Source: Octopus sinensis | Taxonomy: Eukaryota | Reading direction: 5' to 3' | Assembly: GCF_006345805.1 (NCBI RefSeq) | Contig: NC_042998.1 | Span: forward strand, 126,728,001-126,792,000 | Length of the DNA: 64,000 bases | In this document: piece by piece, positions 1-13,201 of the stretch | Layout of the letters: every line of letters starts with the position of its first letter | Numbering within the stretch: position 1 is the stretch's first letter | Notes under the pieces: generated by a model | Databases searched by the model: none | What the model was told of the DNA's origin: nothing | The model's input: only the letters and a program-made list of their open reading frames with translations | Program-made: the position numbers and the translations under genes

Positions 1-50
<50 letters not shown>

Positions 51-285
51 CAGCGAAATCCACACTGGTGATGGTTCCTACAACCATTTTTAAAGTGAAC
101 CTTTTGAAAATTGCGATATTGAACACACGAAGCCTAAGGTCAAGGACAAATTTCTTGCATAAAGAATATATTTATCTACCAATGCTGTTGTGAGTGCTCA
201 TTCTTACTCTTCACCACTATTATCTGTATATATATATATATAGATATATATATATATATTATATATATATATACACGTATATATT

Positions 286-319
<34 letters not shown>

Positions 320-627
320 ATATATATATTCACGTAAACATATGTAAAATATAATACACTTTATCATACGCACAAACATGTGTGTACACAAATGTTCGAA
401 TGTATGCTTACCTGAATAAATAGTTGATGCAAAAATTCCTATGAAAAAGACTAGTTTCTCTGTTCGGTTTTGTGTTGTTGAAAATGTGAACAATGAAACC
501 AGAAAGGCAATATTTAAACACATTTACTTATATATTAAGTGATGTTAAGCATTATAAACACCAATTTGGAAAACAATCTGTGAAAACAACTTAAGAGCAC
601 ATAAATAAATAAATTAAAACCATAAAA

Positions 628-628
628 C

Positions 629-710
<82 letters not shown>

Positions 711-719
711 GTCTGTCTA

Positions 720-785
<66 letters not shown>

Positions 786-786
786 T

Positions 787-830
<44 letters not shown>

Positions 831-874
831 CATGTATTAAGATGTAAAGACGCGCGAACACAGACACAACACAC

Positions 875-927
<53 letters not shown>

Positions 928-943
928 ACACACACACACACAC
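628..943. repeat. Compound microsatellite (TATC)n-(TGTC)n-(CA)n
   Basis: Direct reading; one of dozens of such tracts. Confidence 0.95.
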
Positions 944-1790
944 ATTTTTGGAAGTAAAATGTTATGGCCGGTCATAGAGTGACCATTGGTTTCGCACCTA
1001 TAAAGCGCTTAGCCGTATAGGCAGCACGTTGGATTCAATTGGGCAAAAACACATAAGCTCTATAACTGAAGGAAGAAATATGTCACTGTCAGTTTGTTTT
1101 GTAAACAAGAAATATTTGTCTGTGCAGTGGTGCTGCAGGCTGGATAGGGTTATCTCCATTACATCGGCTCCATTCTTGGTAATATTAGAAGGAGCTGCGT
1201 CCACCCTATTCAAGGTATGGAGAATTTCAAGCTTGTAGTAAGAAACGTTTTAGATTCGGGCATTGATTAAATACTTATTTCCTGGAGTTTAAAAAGGGTT
1301 TCCGGAGTGAGCGAGTTTTTGTTTAGGATTTTTGCTCTCTCTCCCAAACAAAGCTTACTTCATTTGCTCCCATCTGTATAAGTTCCTCATTGTTCAAGGT
1401 GTTCCTTCCTCTTTTAAGTGTCATACGTTGCTAGCCAGGGAGGTCTTTTTGATAAAAACTCAATATGACTGAACTTTCAGTCATATACATTTGTTATAAT
1501 CTTCATCGAATATTTACACTTATATTACTCTCTACCTCTGTGAAATTCATTCAAAATTCTATGAATATTTGAACATTTCATCGCTGAAACATGCTTCTCC
1601 GAATTTTGCCTTGTAAATTTGAAATCTCCTAATCCTATTATTCATTTATTTTTTACCATTGATAACCAAAAGTCGTGGAAACCGGTTTGGTATTTGAATA
1701 AATCTATTACAAAATTTAAAAACGACTACATGTTTTGAGATTCAGGTGTGTGTGCATGTGTGTGTGTGTGCGCGCGCGTCTGATATTGTG

Positions 1791-1867
<77 letters not shown>

Positions 1868-1872
1868 CCCTC

Positions 1873-1947
<75 letters not shown>

Positions 1948-4179
1948 GCTTAGTATTTATACATGCACATATGCATATTTTAAGGAACGCACTGCAGAGT
2001 CTCTAAATTAATTTTATATCAAGCTATATTTCTGGTTTCTCTCTGTAGTGCCAAAATTGATTTAAAGCAAGGTTAGAAATAGTTCATATGTATAATTAAT
2101 TAATTAATTAATTCATTCATTCATTCATTCATTCAATCATATGATCTTGGTCCTTTTTACTGAATAATTATTAGCCATTTATATCAACGGGAGATTCTTT
2201 CTTAAAACAAGTATGTTTATAAATTATTTGCATGAGAGGGCATATGCATTTCTAACTAAACCGCGTTGAAATCCATAATATGCTTCAGCTGAACTTTGAT
2301 GATGCTTAGAGTCTCTTCGAAAGCGTCTTGATTACCGTTAATTCTCTCCAGTATATAACTACTTTTGCCAGATAATAGGGAAATGTAAGCACCTGACAAC
2401 ATTTTATAGTTCAGGGGTTCAGATATGGACTTCGCTTACTCCAGAGATGCGGTTCATATGGGAAGATAAATATATCTGGAAAAAGACGACACTTATTCCC
2501 TGTCAAGCAATAGCTGCAGCTGCTGCAACTACATCGCACTGTTGTTGTTGTTGTTGTTCTTCTTCTTCTTCTTCTTCTTCTTCTTCTTCTTCTTCTAACT
2601 GAACCTTTCATGCAAAGTATATTGGCAGTAAGTATATGAACATCCTGATCAGTAGATCGCATCTCTTTCATTATCAGAGTCACTTTATTCGGATAAAGTG
2701 ACACACACACATTATTTAATAGACACAATACATAGTTTCATATGTTGAAAAACACCTCAAACATATTCATCAGGCACAAACTAATATATCACAGCAAACT
2801 GAAAATTGAATGAGAAAAGAAACGCGAAAAGTTATATATATAGCTTGTACCTGATGAATATGTTTGAGGTATTTCTCAACATAAGAAACTCACCAGATGG
2901 AGTACTCTTTTTGTTGATCTTACCATCATGGAACAGTACATGGTGCAGATATATGTGTGTGTGTGTATGTGATTCAATGTACAGCTGTGCACTGCACCAC
3001 GTATTTTTCTAATATATCCATGGGAATGAAATCAACATTTCCTCTGTCTCCTCATCGATTTGTTGTATCAATTTCTTAAACCAGAATAGCTTATCCTTTA
3101 GTGATGAATAATAAACAATGTAAAATGTAAATGTTTGATTGGTTGAATATCTGTTTCCTATATATGCAAAATATTTTATCAGTTAATCATAAAGAAGAAT
3201 TTCACCAGTAATATAAACGTATTGTAAATGCGTGAGAGTCGAGAGGACGACGATAAATTTATCAATTGTCCTATGTCATCTTGTTAATAAATTGAAACGC
3301 TGGTCCTGTATATCAATGCGTAACAGCTTATTCAATACACACTGGTCATGCAGAGAGGAACTGGTGTTAGTCTTAATCTTCTGTTGCAATTCCATTCAAA
3401 TATAGGATGCATAAATGGAATATAACTACTTTACTGGGTCTTTGTTTTATCGATCCTAGAAGGATGAAATACAAATTTGGACTCCACAAGCCTTTGAGAT
3501 TTGATCTTAGAATTCAAAGAGAAGGCAAATAAATAATGCAAAGTAATTTCTCTGATTCTTAATCGATATTTATCTAATGCCAGATCAAACCCTTGCTCGA
3601 CCAGGAGCGATTCGTACATGAAGGTTGAATTCCTCAAACACGGAAGCAATATCCATCTCCTGTCTTTCATAGTTAAACGGCTCATTGGGAAGCAGAATTG
3701 CAGTTAAGTAACAAGAATTGCTTCAAAGGGAAATAGTTAGAGATCCGTAAGTTCTTACTTAGTTTCAGACTACTTTCGTTCACTGGTTTCAAATTTTAGA
3801 GAGCTACTTCCTGTAGTTGATGAAATCAGTATAAAGTTTTGAATTTCATTTTAGTATGACCAACGGATGTCTTGTTGCTGTTAGGTCAAATAAAAACTGC
3901 ACAAATGCATAACACCCATAAACATAAAAATAAACACATGCATGCGCACATACGCATGTATCTTCCTTTTCGTATTTTGGTGTTTGCAGTATGAGTTATT
4001 ACGTTTCATTGCAGCTTCTACGTCATATGCAGAACTATGTATACGTGTGAGTCCAATGCGCATGTATATGATAATTTTATCTTTTATCTAGATGTAGCTT
4101 TTTGGCTATCGCATAAGGACATGTCCCTATAAACTTATCTACACATATTTCTGAATGACGAAGCTGTGGCAAAATATGC

Positions 4180-4210
<31 letters not shown>

Positions 4211-4304
4211 TGTATGTATGTATGTATGTATGTATGTATGCATGCATGCATGCATGCATGCATGCATGTATGTATGTATGTATGTATGTATGTATGTATG
4301 TATG

Positions 4305-4492
4305 TATGTCATTGTTCAGTTTTATTTCAAGATTTCTTGCCAATAGAGAAAGAGTTGGTTTCTAACCTAGATCCAATTCATTGGAATTTCAACATCAACA
4401 ACAAGGTGTGTATGCATGTACGCACGCATGTATGTATGTATGTATGTATGTATGTATGTATGTATGTATGTATGTATGTATGTATGTATGTA

Positions 4493-4543
<51 letters not shown>

Positions 4544-4830
4544 TGTGTGTATGTATGTATGTATGTATTCTCATCCATATAGTTTCATATCTAGACTTTT
4601 ACAGTTCCAGAGATGGATTAGATCTGTAGTCTTCGAATTAGTTTTATTCTGTCTGGTTTTGAGAAGCCTAATTTCTCAAGATTGGTATTTAGGCAGTCTG
4701 TTACATACCCCCAATAATTACACGTGTAAATCTGAACTTGCAATCTGGAGAGAGTAACTGCAGATTTCTCACTAGTTCAGCGTAGGTGTTCACTTTTTTC
4801 ACTGATCTTCAGCTTTCTATTAACATTATG
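4305..4830 (-). mobile_element. 5'-truncated 3' end of an RLE-type (R4/Dong-like) LINE with ~100-bp tail, flanked by (CATA)n
   Basis: 4570-4830 is homologous to 48030-48300; tail unit 4310-4410 is homologous to 47675-47895. Confidence 0.7.
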
Positions 4831-4853
4831 CATGTATGTATTTTTTTCTACCC

Positions 4854-5233
4854 CTTACTTGTTTTAGCTATTAGACCGCGGCCTGCTGGGGCACCATCTT
4901 GAAAAGTTTTTAGTCGAATGAATCGACTCCAGTACCTATTTCTTTTAAGCATGGTATTTACTCTATCGGCTTTTATTTTTCTACCGAACCGCTAAATTAC
5001 AGGAACGCAAACACACCTACACCAGTTGTGAAGCGATGGTGGGAGACAAATACAGACACAATGACACACGCATTTAAACACATACACACACACGCACGCA
5101 CATACGATGGAATTCTTTCAGTTTTCGTCTTCTACTATAGCCTCGGGCTATAGTAGAAGACACTCGCCCAAGAGGTCACGCAGTGGGACTGAACCCGGAA
5201 CCATGTGGCTGGGAGCAAACCTCTTACTACACA
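4854..5233 (-). mobile_element. tRNA-derived SINE (abundant family), minus strand
   Basis: Reverse-complement homolog of the SINEs at 5301 and 35539 (gggactgaacccggaaccatgtgg; ctatagcctcgg; cgaaccgctaa). Confidence 0.8.
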
Positions 5234-5300
5234 GTATATGTACATATCATGGCATGATGGGGGTGTATGTTATTACACACACACATAACATATCATATAT

Positions 5301-5687
5301 GGCGCAGGAGTGGCTGTGTGGTAAGTAGCTTGCTAACCTGTCCCACTGCGTGGCATCTTGGGCAAGTGTCTTCTGCTATAGCCCCGAGCCGACCAATGCC
5401 TTGTGAGTGGATTTGGTAGACGGAAACTGAAAGAAGCCTGTCGTATATATGTATATATATGTCTGTGTGTGTATGTGTTTGTGTGTCTGTGTTTGTCTCC
5501 CTAGCATTGATTGACAACCGATGCTGGTGTGTTTATGTCCCCGTCACTTAGCGGTTCGGCAAAAGAGACCGATAGAATAAGTACTGGGCTTACAAAGAAT
5601 AAGTCCCGGGGTCGATTTGCTCGACTAAAGGCGGTGCTCCTGCATGGCCGCAGTCAAATGACTGAAACACGTAAAAGAGTAAAAGAG

Positions 5688-5688
<1 letters not shown>
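5301..5688 (+). mobile_element. tRNA-derived SINE with internal (TA/TG)n and AAAAGAGT tail repeats
   Basis: Head ggcgcaggagtggctgtgtggtaag (box A-like), with box B partly deleted. Near-identical to 35539-35988 and the minus-strand copies. Confidence 0.85.
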
Positions 5689-5738
<50 letters not shown>

Positions 5739-5783
5739 GTAAAAGCAATTAAGATTCAAGTGAGTTCTGTTGAATTCACATGA

Positions 5784-8750
5784 ATGCGGTACTTACTTAG
5801 ATGCACCAGAAATCTATATGGTGTTAACCATAAGATAATGCGGGTTGTCCCTAGTAATAATAAATCGAACATTGAAAGGATTAGAAAGAAAATTAATAGG
5901 TTCTTTAAAGATTTCAACCTTAGCATAACCTATGAACCAGGTACTAAAATAGTCAATTTCCTAGATATTATATTAGACCTTAACTCTAAGCTACATTACC
6001 CATTTAGAAAGGAAGGTGAAATCACTAGTTACGTAAATAAATTATCCAATCATCCCCCTAATATAATTAATACTTTGATGAGAAATATTTCTTTAAGAAT
6101 CTCTAAATTATCATCTAATTTTGATATATTTAATTCCCATTCGGAGCATTATAATGTGGCGTTATCTAAGGCAGGATACAACCAAAAAATTACCTTTATT
6201 GATAAAGAGAACTTACATATTCCTAATAAAAGAAGTAACAATAACCACGTAAACAACAATAGTGATAGCGCCGGAAATAAAAGTAGATGTAGATTTAATG
6301 TGACAACAAATCTAAATAGAAATAAGAACAAAGATAAAAACATAGACCAAAACATAGGTAACTCGGATAGGATAAATTTAGATAAAACAAAGAAGCATAC
6401 AATTAGTAACACTGATAAAGAGAACTTACATATTCCTAATAGAAGAAGTAACAATAGCCATGTAAACAACAATAGAACATAGACCAGAACATAGGTAATA
6501 CGGATAAGATAAATTTAGATAAAACAAAGAAGCAGGCAAATAGGAACATTAATAAACACAACGACTCTGGTGAAAGTAGGAATGATTCAACTAACCCCAA
6601 TTCTAATTCTGGGAAATTTAATAAGAAATATATAACGTGGCTAAATGTTCCTTTCAAATAGCCACATTAATAATAATAACTATCATAACATAGGTATAAC
6701 CAATAGCTATAGAATAACGAGTAATAATAATAATACAAATAGGAACAATTATGTCAATAATAGAAATAATACCAATAGGGAAAATACCGAGAATGAAGAC
6801 AATAATGATATCTATAGTAACAGTATACTTTTAGAAACTAATACTGGCAATAATAGTAGCAATACCAATAATGTTAGTAACTATGGTAGGACTATAGAAT
6901 TAAATGATAGTATAGAAAGACCGATAAATGATAATACTGCTTTAGATAACAACATTAACTATAATAACGATAACAATATTTTAGATAGCAGCAGTAACCA
7001 TAATAACGAAAAATATACTCATAATGTTTTGAATAGCAGTAATATGAGACATCTATCCTTGAGTAATTCCACATCGGAAAATGATCCCCCTAGTTGTAAC
7101 TGTAGAATTAGATCAAAATGCCGGCACCTGGTCTATGCGGGTTAAACAACGTAATCTATAAATGTACCATAACCACAGAGAATAACAAGTTTATTTATTT
7201 AGGATGTACTATAAATTTTAAGAAACGTCTTAGCAATCATCTCTCTTCTTCCAAATTACGTCATAAAGCTGATAGCACCACACTTTCAAGTAAGATCTGG
7301 GAACTCAAAAATAATAATATTAAGTATAACCTTAATTGGGAATTAGTTAGAAGAGCGATACCTTATAAAAATAGCAGAGTTGGTTGTCAACTTTGCTCCA
7401 TGGAAACATTTGAAATACTAATGCATAGAAGAAATGATAATTTGTTGAATAACCGTATAGAATTGGGATCTCTTGTATTCACGCTAGAATTAAGACTCTG
7501 AAATATTTTAAATGATAACCGTATATAAAAATCATTTTGTGATTTGTCTATCTTGCTTATACTAATAAAGCAAAACTACTATATATTATATTATATATTT
7601 AATTAGATAGCTACGAGCTCATAGGCATTGGTTATTTTCTCTCTAACTGTACCAGGTTTGAAACATAAAGACATAAATTAGTTGCAAATAAATTTTCATT
7701 CTAATAAACTATATAGATAATTTAAATTAATTTTATCTATTGTTTAATCTAATTTAGGTAAACCAACTTATAGCAAATTAGTTAATTAGACTTCGTAATT
7801 CTTTTATATACTACTAGTAAATATTGCTAATCCCATAAAAATAATATAACGATTTTTCATTATGAAAAATAACTCTCAATCCCTTCTTTTGACCCCTTAA
7901 TGTAGTCCCTAAGTCTGCCAATGTATTAGTAGTAACATTAATAAATAAAGAAATTAAATTAAAGGACCTCCTTTCTGGTTTTGCACTGAAATCTGCTAAT
8001 GTTTTTTTCCTATAGTGATAACCTTTGACCCTTCTTTACCTTCCCATATCCTCTTTATATAGCAATTAACGACGGTATTTGGTCAAAATCAACATTCCTC
8101 CTTAAAGCTCTTAGATTCTTGCAAATTCTGAATCAGTCAGTTCGTCTCCACTAAAATAAACTATTCTGCGTAGTTGGACATTTACATCCCCTTCCCCTCC
8201 CAGTTACCCTAATATACCCTATGTGAGGGATTGTCTCTACGCTTCACTAACCCTCCTTCAACAAATTTAATTCTAACATAGCAGTTTGGAGAAATTCTCA
8301 GAAATGTAACCAGTATATCACTACACATCAGGAAACACACTTTATTATGGACTAATTATGGATAAATGCATCTTCTGTGAGTATGATACCTCTCCTCGTA
8401 TCTCCAGAAATCAAACTTACTTCAATATGGATGGATTTACATTCTCATTTTCATTTTCATTTTCTGGGAAACTAAGAGGTTTTTAAAAATATTTTTTTAA
8501 AACCCGTTATATGACTGTGCAACACTAAAAGAACTTTTAGAAGTCCGTTTGTTACCTAAACCTTATTTTTATAGAACTATCTCTGATGTTTCAGGAGTGT
8601 AACACCACCCCCTTAGATGTTTGGAGAATCCAGATGTTTTTTCGGCTGATGAGTACGGGTCACTTATATTTACTGCAATATTTGCAGCCTTAATAAAGCT
8701 GTCTTCGTACGAAACAATTGTACCGAATATTGATCAATTCTTGTTGCTTT
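5784..8750 (+). mobile_element. Penelope-like element (Naiad-type): RT C-terminus, Asn-rich linker, GIY-YIG endonuclease, 3' region with hammerhead
   Basis: ORF 5784-6482 has VNFLDIILDL and ..SNHPPNII; 6645-7145 ends in CNCRIRSKC; 7118-7501 has PAPGLC, VIY..YLG and CQLC..E. Stops and frameshifts are present; 5'-truncated. Confidence 0.85.
8641..8727 (+). ncRNA. Type I minimal hammerhead ribozyme motif (CUGAUGA...GAAA, GUA cleavage triplet, palindromic stem III)
   Basis: Stem I TTCGG(8641-45)/CCGAA(8723-27); CTGATGA 8646-52; stem II GTACG(8653-57)/CGTAC(8706-10); GAAA 8711-14; C-AATT-G-T-A 8715-22. Confidence 0.8.
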
Positions 8751-8757
8751 TCTTTTT

Positions 8758-8805
<48 letters not shown>

Positions 8806-9641
8806 TTTTTGTACATATGTGTATATATACATATATGTATATGTTTATGTGTGTACTACTGTTTGTCTCCGTGTCTTCCATACGTATATTAGTAGATAAA
8901 AGAGTATAAAAGTATGTGAGTGTAGTTGTGTATTTTTTAGTATGTTAATGCCTGTATGCATATGCTTCTACGTAGGCGTGAGTATTGTTTTGGTCTCCCT
9001 ACAATTCATTGAGTTAAAGTATTTCGAAGTATAGTTGGAAATGTGATTAAAATTAAGGTTCATAAGATTTTATGCGTTGGCCTTTTAACCTTAATTCAAA
9101 ATTGCTGTTGTTTAAAACTGACTCTTGGTCTAATCTTTATATCTCCAGCTGTCTGTTCCCTAATGAATTCATTTATATTGTATTTTATATGCACTTTTAT
9201 TTACGTTTAAAACTTTTGTATATTTACTATAACTACCTTACTCTTTTCCTATCCCTTCATGTTTTTGTCAACACTAAGAATGATCAATTCGCTAAACTTA
9301 CATCCAGCATCTTAATTGACATGAACCAAGATATATTCATTTTTACTGACCATACCAAGCTAATTTTATCTAGTTACTGTCTTCCATACATTGTATATAT
9401 GAAGAGAAAATTTTGTATGCACTGGTGAGCTAGCTTTCTTCATCTGCATTGATTAGTAAATATACAATTGTATTGTATAATTCGTAGCATACATATTAGT
9501 GCAGCCATGTAAATAATTTATTACACACTGAAATTATTATTACTCGAAGGCTGCGAAACGGCTGTAACACCAAGGATGACAAGTGATAGTCATATCCTCT
9601 GACTTGTTATAATGTATATATATATATATATAATATATATA

Positions 9642-9691
<50 letters not shown>

Positions 9692-9695
<4 letters not shown>

Positions 9696-9932
9696 AACAA
9701 GGGTATCTAAAATATACCACCATGCTTGAAATAGCAGTCAAAACCGCATCAAGTATTCAATATAGCACAAGGTGAAAAGACAAGAGGCAAATGAACTAGT
9801 AAAGATTTTTACTAGTTCATTTGTCTTTTGTCTTTTCATCTTGTGCTCTATTGAATACTTAATATGGTTTTAGTGTCATGTTTTGTCTGCTATTTCAATC
9901 ATGTTGGTATCTCTTAAATACCTTTGTTTATA
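9692..9932. repeat. ~240-bp near-perfect palindrome (foldback/MITE-like)
   Basis: Arms pair from tataaacaa/ttgtttata to gaactagtaaa/tttactagttc around a ~4-nt loop at 9804-9807. Confidence 0.85.
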
Positions 9933-10019
9933 ATTCAATAATTATTATAACCTATAAGGTTTCTTTTTCTTCCCATGCTGCCACTAGATTTGATCGCTAT
10001 TTAAAATAGCGATTTATAA

Positions 10020-10068
<49 letters not shown>

Positions 10069-10090
10069 ATATAATTTATATGTATTTATG

Positions 10091-10121
<31 letters not shown>

Positions 10122-10134
10122 AAACAGAATGAGA

Positions 10135-10287
10135 TAAACAAATCCAATGCTGTGAAAGATTTCAGAACATTTACAAAGAGGTCTTACAGCTGTTTCCGCT
10201 CTATTTTATATCTGGAGCTTAACTATAGTCTGCCATAGCACTTACTCAGCATTACCTGACACCTTTGGGTCTTCTTGACACCATTAC

Positions 10288-10292
<5 letters not shown>
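10135..10292 (-). mobile_element. Rearranged fragment of a PLE terminal repeat with the 3' half of a hammerhead
   Basis: 10140-10197 matches 20923-20980; 10214-10292 is the reverse complement of 20706-20785. Confidence 0.65.
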
Positions 10293-10343
<51 letters not shown>

Positions 10344-10345
<2 letters not shown>

Positions 10346-10726
10346 TAGCAGTATCGCCCGGCGTTGCTCGGGTTTGTAAGGGAAATAACTATAAAGCATT
10401 TTTAGAGAGTTATAGACAAAAAATAGAAGAAAAATGATGGTAAATTTTTTTGAGAGTTAAAAAGGTCGAGTTGCGTCCCCTAGACAGTCTGTGGTTTGTG
10501 TTTCTGATTCTCGGCCCCATGTCGAATTTATCGATTTTTTTAAAGAACTGGGGGAACTTTTCAAAATTTTCGCTGCGTTAGTTTTGAATTATGACATTGG
10601 GCTATGTGTGTGTCAAGTTTCATCAGAATCGGTTGAAAGCCGTGGTCAGGGTGAGGGTACAACCTAACAGACTCACAGACACGCAGACACGCAGACAGAC
10701 AAACTGCCGTTTATATATAGAGAGAT
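10344..10726 (+). mobile_element. Non-autonomous Helentron/HINE (DINE-1/Lep1-like) element
   Basis: 5' ACTAGC, subterminal hairpin CCCG-GCGTTGCT-CGGG (10357-72), CAGA-type microsatellite near the 3' end, terminal TTTATATATAGAGAGAT. Confidence 0.6.
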
Positions 10727-11332
10727 ATAATGCATGTGTGTCCCTACACACACTCTCTCTCATGCTCTCACATATCCATATACATATATATGCTCTTTTA
10801 CTGCCTCCAGCACGTGCTGATTATTTAGTCTTCGCATATTCCTGACCAGATGTTATTCAATCGTCTCATTTACCGGCAATGGAAGGGAGAATAAGAATAA
10901 GAACAAGTAATAAAGGCAGGTATATAGCTATAAATATAGACAGATAGATAAATAGATAAATAGATAGATAGATACATAGAGAGAGAGAGAGAGAGAGAGA
11001 GAACGGCAAGCTACATTATCCAATATTTTTTTTGTTTTTTTAGCATATTAGTGTAGTTTTTGAGTTATTTGGCTGGTATTTCTAGCTACCTAAGCGAACA
11101 TGAAGAGTTTTCTCACGAGTAAGTGATGACGTAGGTATAATATTACTTTGTATGTGTGTATATATATATAATACTACTTATATATATATATAATTAATAT
11201 ATATATTATATATATATATATAAATATGGTATATATATATATATATATTATATATGTATTATATATATATAGATATATATCTATATATATATATAAATAT
11301 GTATATCTATCTATCTATCTAATCTATCTATC

Positions 11333-11370
<38 letters not shown>

Positions 11371-11393
11371 ATCTATCCATCTATCTATCTCTA

Positions 11394-11424
<31 letters not shown>

Positions 11425-12092
11425 TACTACTAGTTTGATTGAAACTAAGCACTGAATGAGCTCTCACGAGTACCATGCGTGGGCGAGGATGCATTTTATT
11501 AAGGTCGTTCTGAAATATACATTTATATCTGGCTCGTAACTTGAAATATGTGTGTGTTTCAGAAAAATTCAACATTAAATACTACTCAGTGTGTGTGAGT
11601 GTTTGTGCGTGTATGTGTGTGTGCACGCGCTTTCTGCCTATAACCTCGGTGTTTTATGTAACATGGTGTGTGTGAACGTGTGCAGTTGAGTTAGCTTTTC
11701 GTTTTGCAACTATCTATGAAAGTGCATGTAAAATGTATGTTTTCATATGTATGGGAACACCTTTTCTGCAACCCAGTCTGTATGTGTGTGTGTGTGAGAG
11801 AGAGAGAGAAAGAGAGAGAGAGAGAAAGAAAGAGAGAGAGAGAGAAAGAGAGAGAGGGAAAGAGAAAGAGAGAGAGAGAACAAGAAAGTTGTATGTGAGT
11901 GTGTGCGTATGTGAGGAAGAGATAGTGCGTAATATATATATATATATATATACATATATATAATATATATATATATATTATATATATATATATATATAAT
12001 AGGCTATATATTATATTTATATACATACATACATACATACATACATACATACACACCACACACTCATATATATATATATATTGTATATATTT

Positions 12093-12157
<65 letters not shown>

Positions 12158-12419
12158 TCACTCGCTGAGTTTAAAGTGTTTGTGTCAGAGAAGAAAAGCG
12201 TTAGGAAAGAGGAATAGAGGGAGGAATGGAACAAGAAAGGAGTTGTGAGGGACGCGAAGGAACGAAAAAGGAAAGAGAAAACAAAGGAAGAGAAAAGAGC
12301 TTCAACGAAACAGAATGAAAGAGAGAATAAGAACATGAAATATACAAAGATTAAAGAGTAAAAGAAAAGAAAGTCAGAAAGTATGATAGATAACTGGAGG
12401 TAGAGAGAGGCTGACAAAG

Positions 12420-12494
<75 letters not shown>

Positions 12495-12979
12495 CCCTCA
12501 CTCTCTCTATATGTATGTATAGTGAGGGAGAGAAACAGAGAGAGGGAGAAAAAGAGAAAGAGGATGATCATTTGATAATTAGTGAAAAATTCGAAATAGT
12601 TGGGAAGAGAGAGAGAGCGAAACAGATTGAAAATGGGCGGAAAATAGAGAGAGAAAATCTCAAGACTGAAGAAATAACGAATTTTAAGTAAGGCTATGAA
12701 ATATCTGTAAGTCAAGGACATAGAACAGGGGAGATGCAAGGATGTGTACGTATGTGTGATTGAGATAGACATAATGATATTAAGGAAAGTATGTACTGTG
12801 TGTGTGAATGTATATTTGTATAATCAGACACACACACACACACGTACATATATGAAAATAATGAATATATATGTATTTATACAAGCATATGTAGGTATAC
12901 ATGAATGCAGCACGTGTGTGTACACACACACACACACGCACACACACACGCACACACCACACACACACACACATGCACA

Positions 12980-13201
12980 TAAGAGAGTGCTGAAAAGTTC
13001 CTGGTTTTAAGGGTGTCGCGAAAGGCCTACCTGGAGGTCCAACATTCCGAGTTATTTTATAGGGCTTACAAAATCTGAAGGACCACTGCAATAAGTGAGC
13101 GAATCTGAGGGGGGGGGGAGTATATTGAATAAAATCATAATTAACTGATCCTCCTGTATTTTATTTTACTCAAAACCAGGAGCTTTTCAGCACTCCTCGT
13201 A
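12980..13201 (+). mobile_element. Mariner-derived MITE (internal deletion derivative)
   Basis: TIRs ..GAGTGCTGAAAAGTTCCTGG / CCAGGAGCTTTTCAGCACTCCTCGTA; the interior resembles a transposase C-terminus (HCNK..NLRG.Y.E*). Confidence 0.75.

Noticed and set aside
900-943. Recurrent single-base phase shifts in (CA)n/(TA)n tracts (CACCAC, TATTAT) throughout the window
   Set aside because: The uniform pattern suggests long-read consensus indel errors rather than biology.
990-1450. Minus-strand coding relic with YTDGSK (RNase H-like)
   Set aside because: Single short motif among stops; not enough for a call.
7080-7501. Selenocysteine (in-frame UGA) at Cys positions, reported for some Naiads
   Set aside because: Cys positions here and in the 22-kb copy use TGT/TGC; the break at ~7120 is a one-base frameshift, not a UGA.
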